From Squalus acanthias (lineage: Eukaryota), in assembly GCA_030390025.1 (NCBI GenBank), contig CM059432.1:74586001-74650000 (forward strand): a stretch of 64,000 bases of DNA, in the 5' to 3' direction. The position numbers and the translations under genes are program-made. Of this stretch, positions 62,152 through 64,000 are shown piece by piece. Numbering within the stretch: position 1 is the stretch's first letter; the number at the start of each line of letters is the position of its first letter. The notes beneath the pieces are model-generated. The model was not told where the DNA came from, ran no database searches, and saw only the letters and a list, made by a program, of their open reading frames with translations.

Positions 62152-64000
62152 GGGGGAGAAATTCGGTACCTTAGCGCCTCCAGTTAGCGCCTGGCAGGGG
62201 CGCTAACGGGGCGCTGAGGCAGTAGCGCTGCAACGAGGCGAATTCAGCGCCGCACGCCAAATTCGCCGCCACTACGCGTTAGCGCCGGGGACTTCAGCGT
62301 CAGGCAGATCATGGTGTCAGCGAGCGTGCAACGCTCACTGGGCACCCGATCTGCCAAATTGATTATCGCCCTCTGCCTTAGCACCTGGTCCCGCCAGCGA
62401 CATGGAAAGGAGGCGTCAAGCAGGCGGATGCCGGCTCCAGGGGCGCCACTTAAAGGGATCATTAGTAATGAGTCGCGGCTGTCAGGTTAGTGGTGTTTCA
62501 GTGCTTCCTTGTCAGTTTGAGACAGCTCAAGAGTCGAATTCATTCATTCAAAGGTTGTTTAGTCTCCGGAGTGTTGCAGCTTCGAAAAGTTAGTTACATT
62601 TATTCTCTCAAAATATCAAAGTGCTTCCTTACATTAATGGGGGCTATACTGGCAGTCGACCTCGCCCTCCAGGATCTACTGCGGCGGGAGCGTAGGCAGT
62701 GAGAAAGATTGGAAAATGTGACCAGAGGGAGGAGGAGGGCCATCAGGGCTCTCAACAGGAGGCCTTACCCTCCGAAGGTATTCCAAGAGCACTTCTCCTA
62801 CCTCCAATTAAGCGAGGAGCAGTGTATTAGAAGGCTCTGCTTCACCAAGGAGGTGGTCACAGAACTCTGCCACCTCCTGCAACCAGACCTCGAGCCTCAG
62901 ATCAGGATGAGGACGGCTCTCTCAGTGGCAGTCAAGGTCACCGTCGCCCTCAATTTATTCGCCAGTGGATCCTTCCAGTCTGCAACAGGAGATATAGGTA
63001 ACATCTCGCAGTTCATCATCCATCACTGCATCCGGGAGGTCACAGAGGCTCTCTACAGTAGGAGAAGGGACTACATTTCCTTCCCCATCACCAGAGAGAA
63101 GCAGGACGAGCGTGCATGTGGCTTTGCCAGGATAGCAGGATTCCCCATGGTGCAGGGCGCCATTGATTGCACCCACGTGGCTTTGCGGGCACCGCATAAC
63201 AATCCTGAGATCTTCCCTAACCGCAAAGGCTACCACTCACTTAATGTGCAGTTGGTGTGCGACCACAAACAGCGAATCCTCAATGCGAATGCCCGCTATC
63301 CTGGCAGCAGCCACGATGCCTTCATCCTGCGCCAGACCGGTGTTCCAGCACTCTTCCAGCCACCACATCAAGCTCACAGCTGGCTGGTCAGAGACAAGGT
63401 CTATCCGCTCTCCACCTGGCTCATGACTCCCCTCCGCAACCCCAACACTCCTGCACAGCACTCATATAATGAGAGCCATGCTGCCACCAGGAACATCATT
63501 GAGCAGACCATCGGGGTGAATTAATAAATTTATCAATAATCAGTGAACACATCTTTACAACAACAATATTAACTATTCACCCTTGTGCAATCCCTTCGTG
63601 CCTGTCGTTACTGTGCCTTTGCCTACTCTAGTGCTCCTATGAAGTGTCGGCCCAGTGGCTGCAGCACGGCTGGTGGAAGGCTGCTGAGTGTCCGTGCGGG
63701 AGACTTCAGATGGCCTTGCAGGATGCCCTCGAACAGCTCTGGGCTTGGAAGGCATGGCTGTAGACTGCACCACCTCAGCATGGGCGGCAGCAGTCTGGGC
63801 TGGCTGGATGACAGGCAGCGACAAGGGCAATGGCGGAGTGGCAGTGGTGGGAGCAGGAATGCTATCATCGTGAGAGAGGACTGCAGGGTCCTGTTCCACA
63901 GACCCACTGCCACTCCCTCGGGGCAGGACCTCAGCATCCCCAGCAATCTGTTGAAGCACAGATTACCGGCCTGCTGCAACACCGTGAAAGCCCCGGTTGA
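62152..64000 (+). mobile_element. Harbinger transposon running off the window end
   Basis: taa followed by TIR GGGGGAGAAATTCGG; transposase on +; Myb gene 3' end on - (63573-64000, ending LHKGE). Confidence 0.9.
62637..63524 (+). pseudogene. Harbinger DDE transposase, TGA at 62700 and 3'-truncated
   Basis: ATG at 62637 is in frame with the 62709 ORF; GAIDCTH, SHDAFIL and RNIIEQTIG motifs. Confidence 0.9.

Noticed and set aside
62709-63524. Host HARBI1 gene
   Set aside because: It has a TIR, an upstream in-frame stop, a 3' truncation, a mutated GDKGY motif and multiple paralogous copies in the window

Overview
This is a repeat-dominated, gene-poor eukaryotic window. Its SINE, CR1, L2, Penelope and Harbinger content points to a cartilaginous fish such as a shark (inference). 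No host gene is confidently recognisable. Main contents: (1) a young-looking retrovirus-like provirus (~2079-8190) with a 1.6-kb LTR, an intact gag, a Gag-paralogous coiled-coil ORF and an Ig-domain env-like ORF with an apparent in-frame internal deletion; it lacks pol and the 3' LTR and has a lokiretrovirus-like layout; (2) a complete 4.3-kb GC-rich CsRn1-type Gypsy element with one nonsense codon (46130-50466); (3) two 5'-truncated Penelope-like elements with TSDs and minimal hammerhead-ribozyme motifs; (4) several PIF/Harbinger transposons with convergent DDE transposase and spliced Myb/SANT genes, plus MITEs, several nested in one L2 relic; (5) many CR1/L2/SINE fragments, minisatellites, a perfect 87-bp inverted duplication and a tRNA-Leu pseudogene. 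All family assignments come from reading motifs by eye; no database searches were run.
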